From NCBI GenBank assembly GCA_965250285.1, contig OZ252299.1, positions 1,984,001 through 2,048,000 on the forward strand: a stretch of DNA of 64,000 bases. Reading direction: 5' to 3'. Positions within the stretch are counted from its first letter, which is position 1. Every line of letters starts with the position of its first letter. A model generated the notes under the pieces. That model saw nothing but the letters and a program-made list of their open reading frames with translations, had not been told where the DNA came from and searched no databases. The translations under genes and the position numbers were made by a program. Source of the DNA: Myxococcota bacterium (GTDB lineage Bacteria; Myxococcota_A; UBA9160; UBA4427). Positions 19,001 to 28,188 of this stretch are shown here, piece by piece.

Positions 19001-20194
19001 GTGCCGGTCCGATCGCTGAACGACCTGCTCGAGGCCGGCCCCGGGGTGACCGGGCGCCGCGTCTTCGTTCGGGCCGACCTGAACGTGCCGCTGAAGGCCG
19101 GGGGGATCACCGACGACACCCGCATCCGCGCGTCGCTCGGCACCCTGCAGCGCCTCGTCGATGCCGGTGCGCGCGTGATCGTCGCTTCACACCTCGGTCG
19201 GCCGAAGGGCCAGCCCAACCCCGCCCTCTCGCTCGCGCCGGTGGCCACGCGGCTCGGCGAGCTCCTCGGTCGCTCGGTGGCGTTCGCCCCCGACTGCGTC
19301 GGCCCCGAGGCCGAGAAGGCTGCGGCCGGGCTCGGCAACGGCGACGTGCTGCTGCTCGAGAACCTCCGCTTCCACAAGGGCGAGACCGACAACGACGAGG
19401 CCTTCGCCGCCGGCCTCGCGAAGCTGGCCGACGTGTACGTGAACGACGCGTTCGGCACGGCCCACCGTGCACACGCATCAACCGCGGGCATCGTCGCGCA
19501 CGTCGACGACGCCGCAGCCGGAGACCTGCTGGCCCGCGAGCTCGAGCGCCTCTCGGTCGTGCTCGAGCCCGAACGCCCCCTGCTCTGCCTGCTCGGTGGC
19601 GCCAAGGTGAGCGACAAGCTCGGCGTGCTCGAGGCGCTCGCGCCCCACGCCGACGCGCTCGCCGTCGGGGGCGCCATGGCGTACACGTTCCTCGCGGCCA
19701 GGGGCGAGCCCGTCGGCCAGTCGCTGGTCGAGCCCGATCGCATCGACGACGCGAAGCGCGTGATGGCGGCCGCCGAGGCGAGCGGCCGCGCGCTGCTGCT
19801 GCCCAGCGATCACGTCGTGGCCGCCGCATTCGATGCGCCGGAGACCGCCGAGACGGTGACGACGATCCCCGACGACAAGATGGGCCTCGACATCGGCCCG
19901 GCGACGGCCGCGCGCTATGCCGAAGCCGCAGCCGGCGCGCGCACGATCTTGTGGAACGGCCCGATGGGCGTGTTCGAAGAGCCTGCCTTTGCGGGCGGTA
20001 CGCGCACGGTCGCCCAGGGCGTCGCCGACAGCACCGCGACGAGCGTCGTCGGCGGCGGCGATTCGCTGGCGGCGATCAACCAGCTCGGCCTCGGCGACCG
20101 CATCGGCCACATGTCGACCGGCGGCGGCGCCTCCCTCGAGTTCGTGCAGGGCCTGACGCTGCCGGGCGTCGCCGCCCTCGAACGGAAGGCCTAG
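19001..20194 (+). CDS. pgk: Phosphoglycerate kinase
   Basis: RADLNVP, SHLGRP, LLENLRF, NDAFGTAHRAHAS, GGAKVSDK, STGGGASLE; GTG 19001 after GAGGA. Confidence 0.97.
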   Translation: MPVRSLNDLLEAGPGVTGRRVFVRADLNVPLKAGGITDDTRIRASLGTLQRLVDAGARVIVASHLGRPKGQPNPALSLAPVATRLGELLGRSVAFAPDCVGPEAEKAAAGLGNGDVLLLENLRFHKGETDNDEAFAAGLAKLADVYVNDAFGTAHRAHASTAGIVAHVDDAAAGDLLARELERLSVVLEPERPLLCLLGGAKVSDKLGVLEALAPHADALAVGGAMAYTFLAARGEPVGQSLVEPDRIDDAKRVMAAAEASGRALLLPSDHVVAAAFDAPETAETVTTIPDDKMGLDIGPATAARYAEAAAGARTILWNGPMGVFEEPAFAGGTRTVAQGVADSTATSVVGGGDSLAAINQLGLGDRIGHMSTGGGASLEFVQGLTLPGVAALERKA

Positions 20195-20196
20195 CG

Positions 20197-20964
20197 ATGC
20201 GACGACCGTTCATCGCAGCGAACTGGAAGATGCACATGACGCTCGCCGAGGCCCTCGCCTTCGCCGAGCGGTTCAGCGCCCTGGTCGACGCCGAGATCGC
20301 GACCGACGTGGCGATCGCACCGCCGGCCGGGCTCATTGCCCCGCTCGCCCAGGCCCTCAAGGATCGGTCCGACATCGCGCTGGCTGCCCAGAACGTCCAC
20401 TGGGAACCGAGCGGCGCCTTCACGGGCGAGATGGCCCCCGAGCTGGCGGCCGACCTCGGCTGCCGCTGGGCCATCGTCGGCCACAGCGAGCGCCGCACCC
20501 TGTTCGGCGAGACCGACGCGCAGGTCGCTAGCAAGGTGCAGGCCGCGCGGCGCGCCGGGCTTGGCGTGATCCTCTGCGTCGGCGAGTCGCTCGAAGAGCG
20601 CGAGGCGGGCGAGACGACGCAGGTCGTCGCCCGCCAGATCGAGGCCGCCACCACCGGCCTCGACGCTGACGCGGCGGCCTCGTTGGTGATAGCCTACGAG
20701 CCCGTCTGGGCGATCGGAACCGGTCGCACCGCCACCCCCGACACGGCGCAAGAGGTTCACGCGTTCATCCGCGAGCGGATGGCCGACCGCCTCGGTCCCG
20801 TCGGTCGCGAGGTGCGAATCCAGTACGGGGGTTCGGTCAAGCCCGGCAATGCCGCGAGCCTGCTCGCCGAGCCCGACATCGACGGAGCCCTGGTCGGCGG
20901 CGCGAGCCTCGACGCCCAGGACTTCGCCAAGATCGTTCATGCCGGAGGAGAGACCGCCCGATGA
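20197..20964 (+). CDS. tpiA: Triosephosphate isomerase
   Basis: ANWKM, GHSERR, AYEPVWAIGTG, YGGSV, LVGGASL. Confidence 0.97.
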   Translation: MRRPFIAANWKMHMTLAEALAFAERFSALVDAEIATDVAIAPPAGLIAPLAQALKDRSDIALAAQNVHWEPSGAFTGEMAPELAADLGCRWAIVGHSERRTLFGETDAQVASKVQAARRAGLGVILCVGESLEEREAGETTQVVARQIEAATTGLDADAAASLVIAYEPVWAIGTGRTATPDTAQEVHAFIRERMADRLGPVGREVRIQYGGSVKPGNAASLLAEPDIDGALVGGASLDAQDFAKIVHAGGETAR

Positions 20965-20990
20965 GGCGCTCTTCTCTCTAGGAGTCCCAC

Positions 20991-21416
20991 GTGACCACGT
21001 TCCTCTACGTCCTTCACTTCATGGTCTGCTTCGTGCTGATCACCGTCGTGCTGCTGCAACGCGGCAAGGGCAGTGACCTCGGTGCGGCGCTCGGGGGCGG
21101 CGGCAGCAACACCGTCTTCGGCGCCCGCGGTGCGGCGAACTTCCTCACCCGCGTGACCACGGCCGCGGCGATCATCTTCATGGGCACGAGCCTGTCGCTG
21201 GCCTACTTCGCGACGGAGGACGCCGACGTGCGGCTGTTCGATGCGAGTGAGGTCGCCGAAGAGACCGCCGAAACGACTGCGGCCGCCGAAGCCGTGGCCG
21301 ACGAGGCCGCCGAAGCCGACTCGACCGGGCAGCTCGAAGAGATCGATCCCGCGGCGAACACGCTGCAGGAGATCCCGCCGCCCGAGCCCGCCGCGTCGGA
21401 AGAAGCCGAGCAGTAG
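20991..21416 (+). CDS. secG: Preprotein translocase subunit SecG with acidic tail
   Basis: Two TM segments, VLLQRGKG...GGGSNTVFG; canonical tpiA-secG-tRNA-Leu order. Confidence 0.93.
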   Translation: MTTFLYVLHFMVCFVLITVVLLQRGKGSDLGAALGGGGSNTVFGARGAANFLTRVTTAAAIIFMGTSLSLAYFATEDADVRLFDASEVAEETAETTAAAEAVADEAAEADSTGQLEEIDPAANTLQEIPPPEPAASEEAEQ

Positions 21417-21441
21417 GCAAGAAACGCAGCCGCTGGATTTC

Positions 21442-21470
21442 GTGGCGAGGCCGGGCGGCTCGTGTAGAAT
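21442..21470 (+). promoter_or_regulatory. Putative sigma70 promoter upstream of tRNA-Leu
   Basis: TAGAAT -10 at 21465-21470 with a weak -35 (GTGGCG) at 17-nt spacing. Confidence 0.4.
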
Positions 21471-21599
21471 CCGGCGCCCCGGACACCTCGGTGCCCTGGG
21501 AACCCTCTGCTCCCAGCGAGGTCGAGCCCGACTCGGCTTGGCTGGAACGCACCTCGGGCATCAGTCCGGGTGACGAGAGCGACAGCGCAGACACCGCGT

Positions 21600-21686
21600 G
21601 CGGCGGTGGCGGAATTGGTAGACGCGCCAGCTTGAGGGGCTGGTGGGGGCAACCCCGTGGAGGTTCAAATCCTCTCCGCCGCACCA
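21600..21686 (+). tRNA. tRNA-Leu(GAG)
   Basis: Acceptor GCGGCGG/CCGCCGC, D-loop GGAATTGGTAGAC, anticodon arm CCAGC-TTGAGGG-GCTGG, long variable arm, GGTTCAAATCC T-arm, encoded CCA. Confidence 0.97.
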
Positions 21687-21731
21687 GTCGGCGCGCTGTC
21701 GCCCCGCTCACGTTCGTGAGACGGCTTTCGA

Positions 21732-21757
21732 TCAAGTCCAGCTTCAGTTCGTCCGAT
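21732..21757 (+). promoter_or_regulatory. sigma28-like promoter upstream of the DUF2167-like gene
   Basis: TCAAG-N15-TCCGAT. Confidence 0.5.
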
Positions 21758-21846
21758 CCAGTGGAACGCCGCGTGGCGTTCCGGGACGGAGCGCTGCCGG
21801 CCTCGCCGCCAGCCCGTCTTCGACCCGGCGGCCACCGGAGGATCGG

Positions 21847-22761
21847 ATGAGACTCTCGACGACGCTTCGCACGCGCACCGCCCGGGCGCTCGCCCTCGCT
21901 GCGCTCATGACGCTCGTGGCTCCGACCGTGCTCGCCAAGGAGAACGGTTACATCGAAGAGGAGCCCATTGGCTTCGACTGGCAGTTCGGCCCTGCCGTGG
22001 CGCAGCTGGGAGACGGTCTTGCCGAGATCCAGATCCCCGACGGTTACATGGCGCTCGGTCGCTCGGAGACCCAGCGGCTGATGGAGTACCTCGAGAACCC
22101 GGTGAACGGCACCGAGGTCGGCACCATCGCGCCGGCCGACGAGGACACCAACTGGTTCATCGTGTTCGAGTGGGACGACATCGGTTACGTCGAGGACGAC
22201 GACCACGAAGCCATCGACGCCGATGCGCTGCTCAGCTCGATTCGCGAGGGCACCGACGCGGCCAACGAAGAGCGCGCGAAGCGCGGCTGGGCCACGATGG
22301 AGATCGTCGGCTGGCAGGAAGAACCGCACTACGACGACGAATCACAGAACCTGACGTGGGCCGTGCTCGGCCGCTCGGGCGGCCACGACAACGTGAACCG
22401 CATCATGAAGCTCCTCGGTCGCCGCGGCGTCATGACGGCGACGCTGGTGTCGGATACGCGCATCCTGCCCGTCGCTTCGGTCGAGACCGATCAGCTGCTG
22501 GCGAACTTCCGCTTCAAGCAGGGCCACACCTATGCGGAGTACATCCCCGGCACCGACAAGCTCGCCGAGATCGGCCTGGCTGCCCTCATCGTGGGCGGCG
22601 CCGGCGCCGCGCTGGTGCAGACCGGTCTGCTCGCGCGCTTCTGGAAGGTGATCCTCGCCGGCCTCGCGGCCGTCGGCGGCGGCATCGCCAAGCTCTTCGG
22701 CGGCGGCAAGAGCGAGACCTACGCCGGCGAGAGCGGAGAGCATCCCGGCAAGATCGGGTAG
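21847..22761 (+). CDS. DUF2167-like membrane-anchored protein
   Basis: Signal peptide; IGYVEDDD, NEERAKRG, GWQEEPHYD, NLTWA, LGRRGV; C-terminal hydrophobic segments; ATG 21847 after GGAGGA. Confidence 0.8.
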   Translation: MRLSTTLRTRTARALALAALMTLVAPTVLAKENGYIEEEPIGFDWQFGPAVAQLGDGLAEIQIPDGYMALGRSETQRLMEYLENPVNGTEVGTIAPADEDTNWFIVFEWDDIGYVEDDDHEAIDADALLSSIREGTDAANEERAKRGWATMEIVGWQEEPHYDDESQNLTWAVLGRSGGHDNVNRIMKLLGRRGVMTATLVSDTRILPVASVETDQLLANFRFKQGHTYAEYIPGTDKLAEIGLAALIVGGAGAALVQTGLLARFWKVILAGLAAVGGGIAKLFGGGKSETYAGESGEHPGKIG

Positions 22762-22782
22762 CCCGACGCCGGGCCCCACCCC

Positions 22783-23853
22783 ATGGAGCTCTGGCTCACC
22801 TTCATTGCACTCTACGCCTGGCAGTGCCTGGTGTGGCTGCGCGTGCCGTCGGCGGTGTTCGGGCCGCGCTGGCTGGGCGCCGACGATCTGCAGCGCACCG
22901 GGGTTCAGGCGCTCTCGCCCTGGCCTTCGACCCTCGGCGCCATTGCCTCGCCGATCCCCTTCGCGCTCGTCTCGAACGACTGTGACGCCGACGCGATCGT
23001 GCTGCGCCGCAGCGACGACATCGAGACCGCCCCACCGCTCGCGCTCGACGGGCTCGAGCTCGAGCGCCGCGGCGCCAAGGTCGTCGCCCACGGTCGCGCG
23101 ATCCTCGTCGCGCCGTCGAAGACCGCGGCGCGCCATTGGTGCACAGCGATCGCGGCCGTCGCGAACGCTGCGCCCGCAGAACGCACGGCGGTCTATGCCC
23201 GAGAGATCGGCCACTCACTCGACGCCGACGCCCTTCGTGATCGGCTGACCGCCGCGCGGCGCGCGACGCGCTGGCTCGGCCTCGTCTGCGACGTCGATCT
23301 GCTCTTTCTGCTGGCGGGGGTGCCCGCGCTCGGGCTGCTCTTCGGCAGCGAATATGCGCTCGCGATCTCGCTCCCGGCGCTGGCGGGCCTGCACGTGTTG
23401 GGCGTCGTGCTCGCCTTCTTCGTCCACCGCCGGCTGTTTCCCGATCGGCGCGGCGAACGCGCCGAAGAGCTGTTCATGGCCGCGCTCTACCCCCCCGCAC
23501 TGCTGCGCCGGCCCGCCGCGTGGGTCGACGCTGCAGTGACCGGCTTCCACCCGCTGGCCTGGGCCCGGGTCGCGTTGCCCGAAAACGAAGCGAAGCGGGT
23601 GTGGATGCGCGAGCGCGCGCGACTCGAAGGCGAAGCCGCGCGTCGCAGCGATGAGAGCCCCGCGCTCTGCGCCGAGCGCGAGGCCATCGAGGCGCGTTGG
23701 CCGAGCACATGGAGCCAGCCGCAGACCCGCGCGCGGGTCGATCCGCTCGCCGAGAGCTACTGCCCGGTCTGCTGGGACGACTTCAGAAGCGGCTTCGACC
23801 ACTGCCGCAGCTGCAACGCCGAAACGATCCCCTACGAGAAGGCCGCCAGCTGA
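22783..23853 (+). CDS. Hypothetical membrane protein with C-terminal CxxC...CxxC knuckle
   Basis: Hydrophobic N-terminus, two central TM segments, YCPVC...CRSC. Confidence 0.7.
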   Translation: MELWLTFIALYAWQCLVWLRVPSAVFGPRWLGADDLQRTGVQALSPWPSTLGAIASPIPFALVSNDCDADAIVLRRSDDIETAPPLALDGLELERRGAKVVAHGRAILVAPSKTAARHWCTAIAAVANAAPAERTAVYAREIGHSLDADALRDRLTAARRATRWLGLVCDVDLLFLLAGVPALGLLFGSEYALAISLPALAGLHVLGVVLAFFVHRRLFPDRRGERAEELFMAALYPPALLRRPAAWVDAAVTGFHPLAWARVALPENEAKRVWMRERARLEGEAARRSDESPALCAEREAIEARWPSTWSQPQTRARVDPLAESYCPVCWDDFRSGFDHCRSCNAETIPYEKAAS

Positions 23854-23866
23854 GCCCAGATCGGGC

Positions 23867-24745
23867 TCAGGGCTCGAGCGGCGGCCAGCGGCCGGCGAGC
23901 GGTCGTGCGTCGCCGAGTTCGGTCTCGACTCGGAACGTCTCGTCGGCCGGTCCGGCGTCGAGCGCATGGCGCAATAGAAACACGCCGGTTGCCGGGTCGA
24001 AGAGCCCCACACGATCGGCCCCGATGCCCCGCCAGTCGCCCACCACCGGCTGCAGCCCACGTCCAGGGGGGCCGAACACGAACGCCACCTCGGCGACGCC
24101 CGTGTCGAACCGATTCGTCAAGTGGAACACGCCGCCGCGCGGATCGTAGAGCCCGATGCCATCGCGACCGTCGCCGTCCCAGTCGCCGGCGATCGCGATC
24201 CAATCGGAGCGCGGCGGCCCGAACATGAAGGTGTGATCGGGCGGGCTGGTGATGCGCGCGTCGGTCAGATGAAAAGATGCATCGGTGCGCACGAACACCC
24301 CGAACGTGTCCACACCGTCGCCGTTCCAGTCGCCGACGATCGGTTCGGGCGCCCAGAGCGGATCACCGAAGGCCACGCGTCGATCCTCGGGGCCGGGCCC
24401 GAGCTCGTTGCGCAGCAAGAACACCGACTGATCGGCGCGGTAGACGCCCAGGGTGTCGAACCCGTCGCCGTTCCAGTCGCCGGCAATCGCACGCTCGCCG
24501 GGGCCGCGGCCGAAGACGAAGCGTGCCCCGGGCGGGCCCGCGCGGCGCAGCCGCCAGATCTCGAAATGCGCCGCGGTGCCATGCAGTGCGAGGCCGACCA
24601 CGGGGCGCACGACCGGAGGCGCCGAGACGGCCGGCGCCGAATCGCGCGGCGCGGCATCGGTGTCGCGGCAGCCGGCGAGCCCCGCGATGCAACCGACCGC
24701 GAAGAGCCCAGCGAGCACGCACCTTTCGAAGAGAGCCCCCCGCAC
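23867..24745 (-). CDS. Putative lipoprotein with GDWxGDG (FG-GAP/VCBS-like) repeats
   Basis: LAGC lipobox; four ~45-aa repeats GDWNGDG/GDWNGDG/GDWDGDG/GDWRGIG plus a partial fifth; start uncertain (GTG 24745). Confidence 0.75.
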   Translation of the reverse strand: MRGALFERCVLAGLFAVGCIAGLAGCRDTDAAPRDSAPAVSAPPVVRPVVGLALHGTAAHFEIWRLRRAGPPGARFVFGRGPGERAIAGDWNGDGFDTLGVYRADQSVFLLRNELGPGPEDRRVAFGDPLWAPEPIVGDWNGDGVDTFGVFVRTDASFHLTDARITSPPDHTFMFGPPRSDWIAIAGDWDGDGRDGIGLYDPRGGVFHLTNRFDTGVAEVAFVFGPPGRGLQPVVGDWRGIGADRVGLFDPATGVFLLRHALDAGPADETFRVETELGDARPLAGRWPPLEP

Positions 24746-24753
24746 GATCGGCC

Positions 24754-25530
24754 TCAGACGATCGTCCAGCCGCCGTCGACGGCGAGCACCTGACCGGTCA
24801 CGAAGCTCGACGCATCGCTCGCGAGGTAGAGCAGCGCGCCATCGAGCTCGCCGGCGTGCCCCGACCGGCCCATCGGCGTCCGCCCGGCCATCCACTTCTC
24901 GGAACGCTCGTCGCCGAACATGTCCCCCGTCATCTCGCTCTCGAACCAGCCCGGCGCGATCGCGTTGACCCGCACACCGCGGCGCGCCCACTGGGCCGCG
25001 AGCTCACGGGTCAGATTGATGACGGCGCCCTTCGACGCGGCGTACGAAGCCTGGGGAATCTGCCCCGAGCCGACGAGCCCCAGGATGCTCGCGACGTTGA
25101 CGATGCTGCCCGACTGTTGCCCGAGCATCACGCGACCGAAACGCTGCGCGCAGAAGAAGACGCCGTCGAGGTTCGTCGAGACGACGCGGCGCCAGATGTC
25201 GGTCGTCTCGTCTTCGGCGGCGACCACCTCGGTGATGCCGGCATTGTTGACCAGCACGTCGACCCGGCCATGCGCCCCGACGACGGCGTCGACGAGGGCA
25301 TCGACGTCGGACTCGACCGCCACATCGCACGCGACGGGGACGACCTCGGCCCCGGCCTGCACGAGCTCGTCGGCAAGCGATTCGAGCCGATCGACCCGAC
25401 GGGCCGTGATGACGACGCGCGCGCCGACGCCGGCGAGCGCCCGCGCCAGCTGGGCGCCCAGTCCGGCCGAGGCACCGGTCACGACCGCAACACGACCCTC
25501 GAGATCGAACAGCGCGTTCGCGTCACGCAA
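24754..25530 (-). CDS. Short-chain dehydrogenase/reductase
   Basis: TGASAGLG, NNAG, YAASK, VNAIAPG, VDGG; start TTG 25530 after GAGAGG. Confidence 0.93.
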   Translation of the reverse strand: MRDANALFDLEGRVAVVTGASAGLGAQLARALAGVGARVVITARRVDRLESLADELVQAGAEVVPVACDVAVESDVDALVDAVVGAHGRVDVLVNNAGITEVVAAEDETTDIWRRVVSTNLDGVFFCAQRFGRVMLGQQSGSIVNVASILGLVGSGQIPQASYAASKGAVINLTRELAAQWARRGVRVNAIAPGWFESEMTGDMFGDERSEKWMAGRTPMGRSGHAGELDGALLYLASDASSFVTGQVLAVDGGWTIV

Positions 25531-25562
25531 GATCGACCGACCTCTCGCATGCCGTCTCGAGG

Positions 25563-26204
25563 CTAGGCACCGGCCACCGCCGCTTCGTCGAGCCGCTCGA
25601 GGCTCTTCACGATCCAGCGCTCGTACAGTGCCTTCGGGTGCGCGCCGACGATGATGGCCGGGTTGCCGTCGAGCCGTACGGCCGGCACACCCGTCGCACC
25701 CACTTCGAGGGCTTCGTTGTGCTCGGCGAGCACGCGGGGCAGGAACTCGTCGGTCTGGGCGCGCGCGAACGCGTCGGCCGGCAACCCCAGCTCCTGCCAC
25801 AGCGCTTCGAGCACCCAGGGGCGGCTGATGTCCTGGTTCTCGGCGAAGTAGGCGCGCAGCAGTCGATCGTGCACCGCTTCGAACGCCTCGGGCGACACCG
25901 TCGCGGCCGCCTTCGCAACGAGATGCGGCGGGATGCTGTGGGTCGGCGGGCCCTCGTCGCTCTGCCAGACCTGGAAGGTGCCGGCGTCTTCGTCGGCCGC
26001 GGGCCGCATCCAGCTCTCGGTATAGCGCCGGAACTTCTCGAGGTTGCGACTCTCCTTATAGTGGGGTCGCAGCAGGTAGCTCCGGTACTCGTACTGAACG
26101 TCGTCGCGGTAGCGCTCGGCGAGCGCCTTCAGACGCACATCGACGTTGTAGCACCACGGGCAGAGATAGTCGGAATAGACGATGAAGCGGAGTCTCGGTG
26201 CCAT
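25563..26204 (-). CDS. DsbA/FrnE-family oxidoreductase
   Basis: YSDYLCPWCY active site, TGVP cis-Pro motif. Confidence 0.88.
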   Translation of the reverse strand: MAPRLRFIVYSDYLCPWCYNVDVRLKALAERYRDDVQYEYRSYLLRPHYKESRNLEKFRRYTESWMRPAADEDAGTFQVWQSDEGPPTHSIPPHLVAKAAATVSPEAFEAVHDRLLRAYFAENQDISRPWVLEALWQELGLPADAFARAQTDEFLPRVLAEHNEALEVGATGVPAVRLDGNPAIIVGAHPKALYERWIVKSLERLDEAAVAGA

Positions 26205-26246
26205 GGTGCCTCTCCCTCGGCCAGCCGTTCTCTGCGCGGGCGCGCG

Positions 26247-26726
26247 CTACTTCTCGAACCGCCCGTACGACCCGCGATAGAAGAGCAGCGGCTCGCCTTC
26301 GCGTGCCTGGCTCGCGACGATCTCGCCGACGTAGATGACGTGGTCACCCGCGTCGTGCGTTGCGATCAGCCGGCAGTCGAGATGGACGAGCGAGCCCGGC
26401 ACGAGCGGCGCGCCGGTCTCGAGCTCGAAGGTCTCGAGCCCGTCGAAGCGCTCATGCTCGAGCTTCTTCGACGCGAAGCGGTTCGATAGATCCTGCTGCT
26501 GGGTCGTCAAGACATTCACGCCGAAGCACTTGCCCTCGGCGATCAGGTCGGTCGTGATCGAGCCCTTGGCGGCGCACACCGAGGCGAGCGGCGGGGTGAG
26601 GCTCACCCCGCTGAAGTCGCTGACCGTCATCCCGTGAATGCGATCGCCGGCCCGGGACGTGACGATGGTGACGCCGCTCGCCCAGTGGCTGAGCGCTTCC
26701 TTGAATTCGTCGACTGAGATCGCCAC
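26247..26726 (-). CDS. Flavin reductase family protein
   Basis: ASGVTIVT, GMTVS, SLTPP, GDHVIYVG, PLLFYRG; start GTG 26726. Confidence 0.92.
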   Translation of the reverse strand: MAISVDEFKEALSHWASGVTIVTSRAGDRIHGMTVSDFSGVSLTPPLASVCAAKGSITTDLIAEGKCFGVNVLTTQQQDLSNRFASKKLEHERFDGLETFELETGAPLVPGSLVHLDCRLIATHDAGDHVIYVGEIVASQAREGEPLLFYRGSYGRFEK

Positions 26727-26837
26727 GCAATTCCTTCTTCTGCTCGTTCGGCTGCGTTCGTGCCGCGCCATACGGGGCCGAAGAGCCTAACAGGGATTCG
26801 AAGGGGTGCATCGAAGCCGTCGATGGCGACGCGGCGC

Positions 26838-28169
26838 TCAATGGGCGTGTCGACCGATCCAGACCAGGGTGAGATCCATGACGTTCGTTCCCGTCGGCCC
26901 GGTGCGCAGCAGGTCGTCACTCGCTTCGAGCGCGGGGAGCGCATCGTGTCGCGCGAGCGCAGAGGCCGGATCGATCCCGCTTGCGCGCATGCGTGCAGCC
27001 GACTCGACGTCGACGAGGCCGCCTGCGGCGTCGGTCGGACCGTCGGTGCCGTCGCTGCCCGCTGCGAGCACGGCGATCTCGGTCGCCTGCTCGCCTTCCA
27101 GATCGAGCGCCGCGGCGAGGGCGAGCTCCTGGTTGCGGCCGCCCTGCCCCGGCTGGTCGCCGAGCCGAACGGTGGTCTCGCCCCCGACGACGAGCGCGAT
27201 CGGCTCGCGCATCGAGCCTGATGCGGCCAGCGCGCGAGAGAGACACGCGATCTGGCGGCCGCGCGCGTGCGCCTCCCCGGTCAGTCGGTCACCCAACACG
27301 TGCACCCGAGCGCCGGCCCGGTCGAGTCGCGCGGCCGCCGCATCGAGCGCGTCTCGATTGCGCGCGACGAGACGCGGATGAACTCGCGCGAAGAGCGGAT
27401 CGTCCTCGGCCGGCGCATCGCGGCGCGCCCCGGTCGCGCCGCCTTCGAGCAGGCCTCGGACCGATGCGGGCAGCGCACCGAGCACACCCCTTCGCTCCAC
27501 GATGCGCAGCGCGTCACCGAAGTCGCTGGGGTCGGGCGTACAGGGGCCGCTGGCGATCGAGGCGACGTCGTCCCCCACGACGTCGGAGACGATCCAGACG
27601 TCGATGCGCCGGGCCGGGCTCGCGGCCGCGAGACGACCGGCGGCAACCGCGGCCAGGCGCTTGCGTACGACGTTCATCTCTTCGATCGGCGCCCCACTCG
27701 CGAGGAGCGCCTCGCTCGTGCGCGCGAGGTCGTCGAGCGCGAGCCCGTCGACCGGCGTCGCGACCAGCGCGGAGGTCCCGCCCGAGAGCAGCACGAGCAG
27801 GCGCGCCTGCGCCGGCACTTCGGCCGCGAAGCCGAGCACGCGACGGCCGGCTTCGGCGCAGCGCGCGTCGGGGATCGGGTGCGCGGTCTCGACGACCGGC
27901 CAGGCGTCGAAGCCCGCCGCGTGCCCCTCTTTCGTCACGACGAGGCCGCGTGCCGCGCGGCGACCGAGGCGCGCGTGTGCAGCGCGGGCCATCGGGGCCG
28001 CGGCCTTGCCGAGCGCGAGCACGTGGACGCTGCCGGGCGTGTCGTCGACGAAGGCCGCGTCGCCTTCGGCGGTCTCGAATGCGCGGGTGACCGACCGCTC
28101 GCCATCGACGCGGTCGAGCGCGTCGACGAGGGCGGCGCGCAAGGCGGCGCGCCCGGGCGTGTCGGTCAC
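26838..28169 (-). CDS. Glycerate kinase, class II (MOFRL family)
   Basis: GKAA, HPIPD, LSGGTSAL, SDVVGD, IASGP, GGETTV, GGRNQE, SDGTDG, TGTNVMD. Confidence 0.92.
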   Translation of the reverse strand: MTDTPGRAALRAALVDALDRVDGERSVTRAFETAEGDAAFVDDTPGSVHVLALGKAAAPMARAAHARLGRRAARGLVVTKEGHAAGFDAWPVVETAHPIPDARCAEAGRRVLGFAAEVPAQARLLVLLSGGTSALVATPVDGLALDDLARTSEALLASGAPIEEMNVVRKRLAAVAAGRLAAASPARRIDVWIVSDVVGDDVASIASGPCTPDPSDFGDALRIVERRGVLGALPASVRGLLEGGATGARRDAPAEDDPLFARVHPRLVARNRDALDAAAARLDRAGARVHVLGDRLTGEAHARGRQIACLSRALAASGSMREPIALVVGGETTVRLGDQPGQGGRNQELALAAALDLEGEQATEIAVLAAGSDGTDGPTDAAGGLVDVESAARMRASGIDPASALARHDALPALEASDDLLRTGPTGTNVMDLTLVWIGRHAH

Positions 28170-28188
28170 ACGCGACCTCGCGTTCGCA

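Noticed and set aside
21600..24750. Possible genomic island integrated at tRNA-Leu
   Set aside because: No integrase, no duplicated tRNA 3' end seen, and no clear compositional shift
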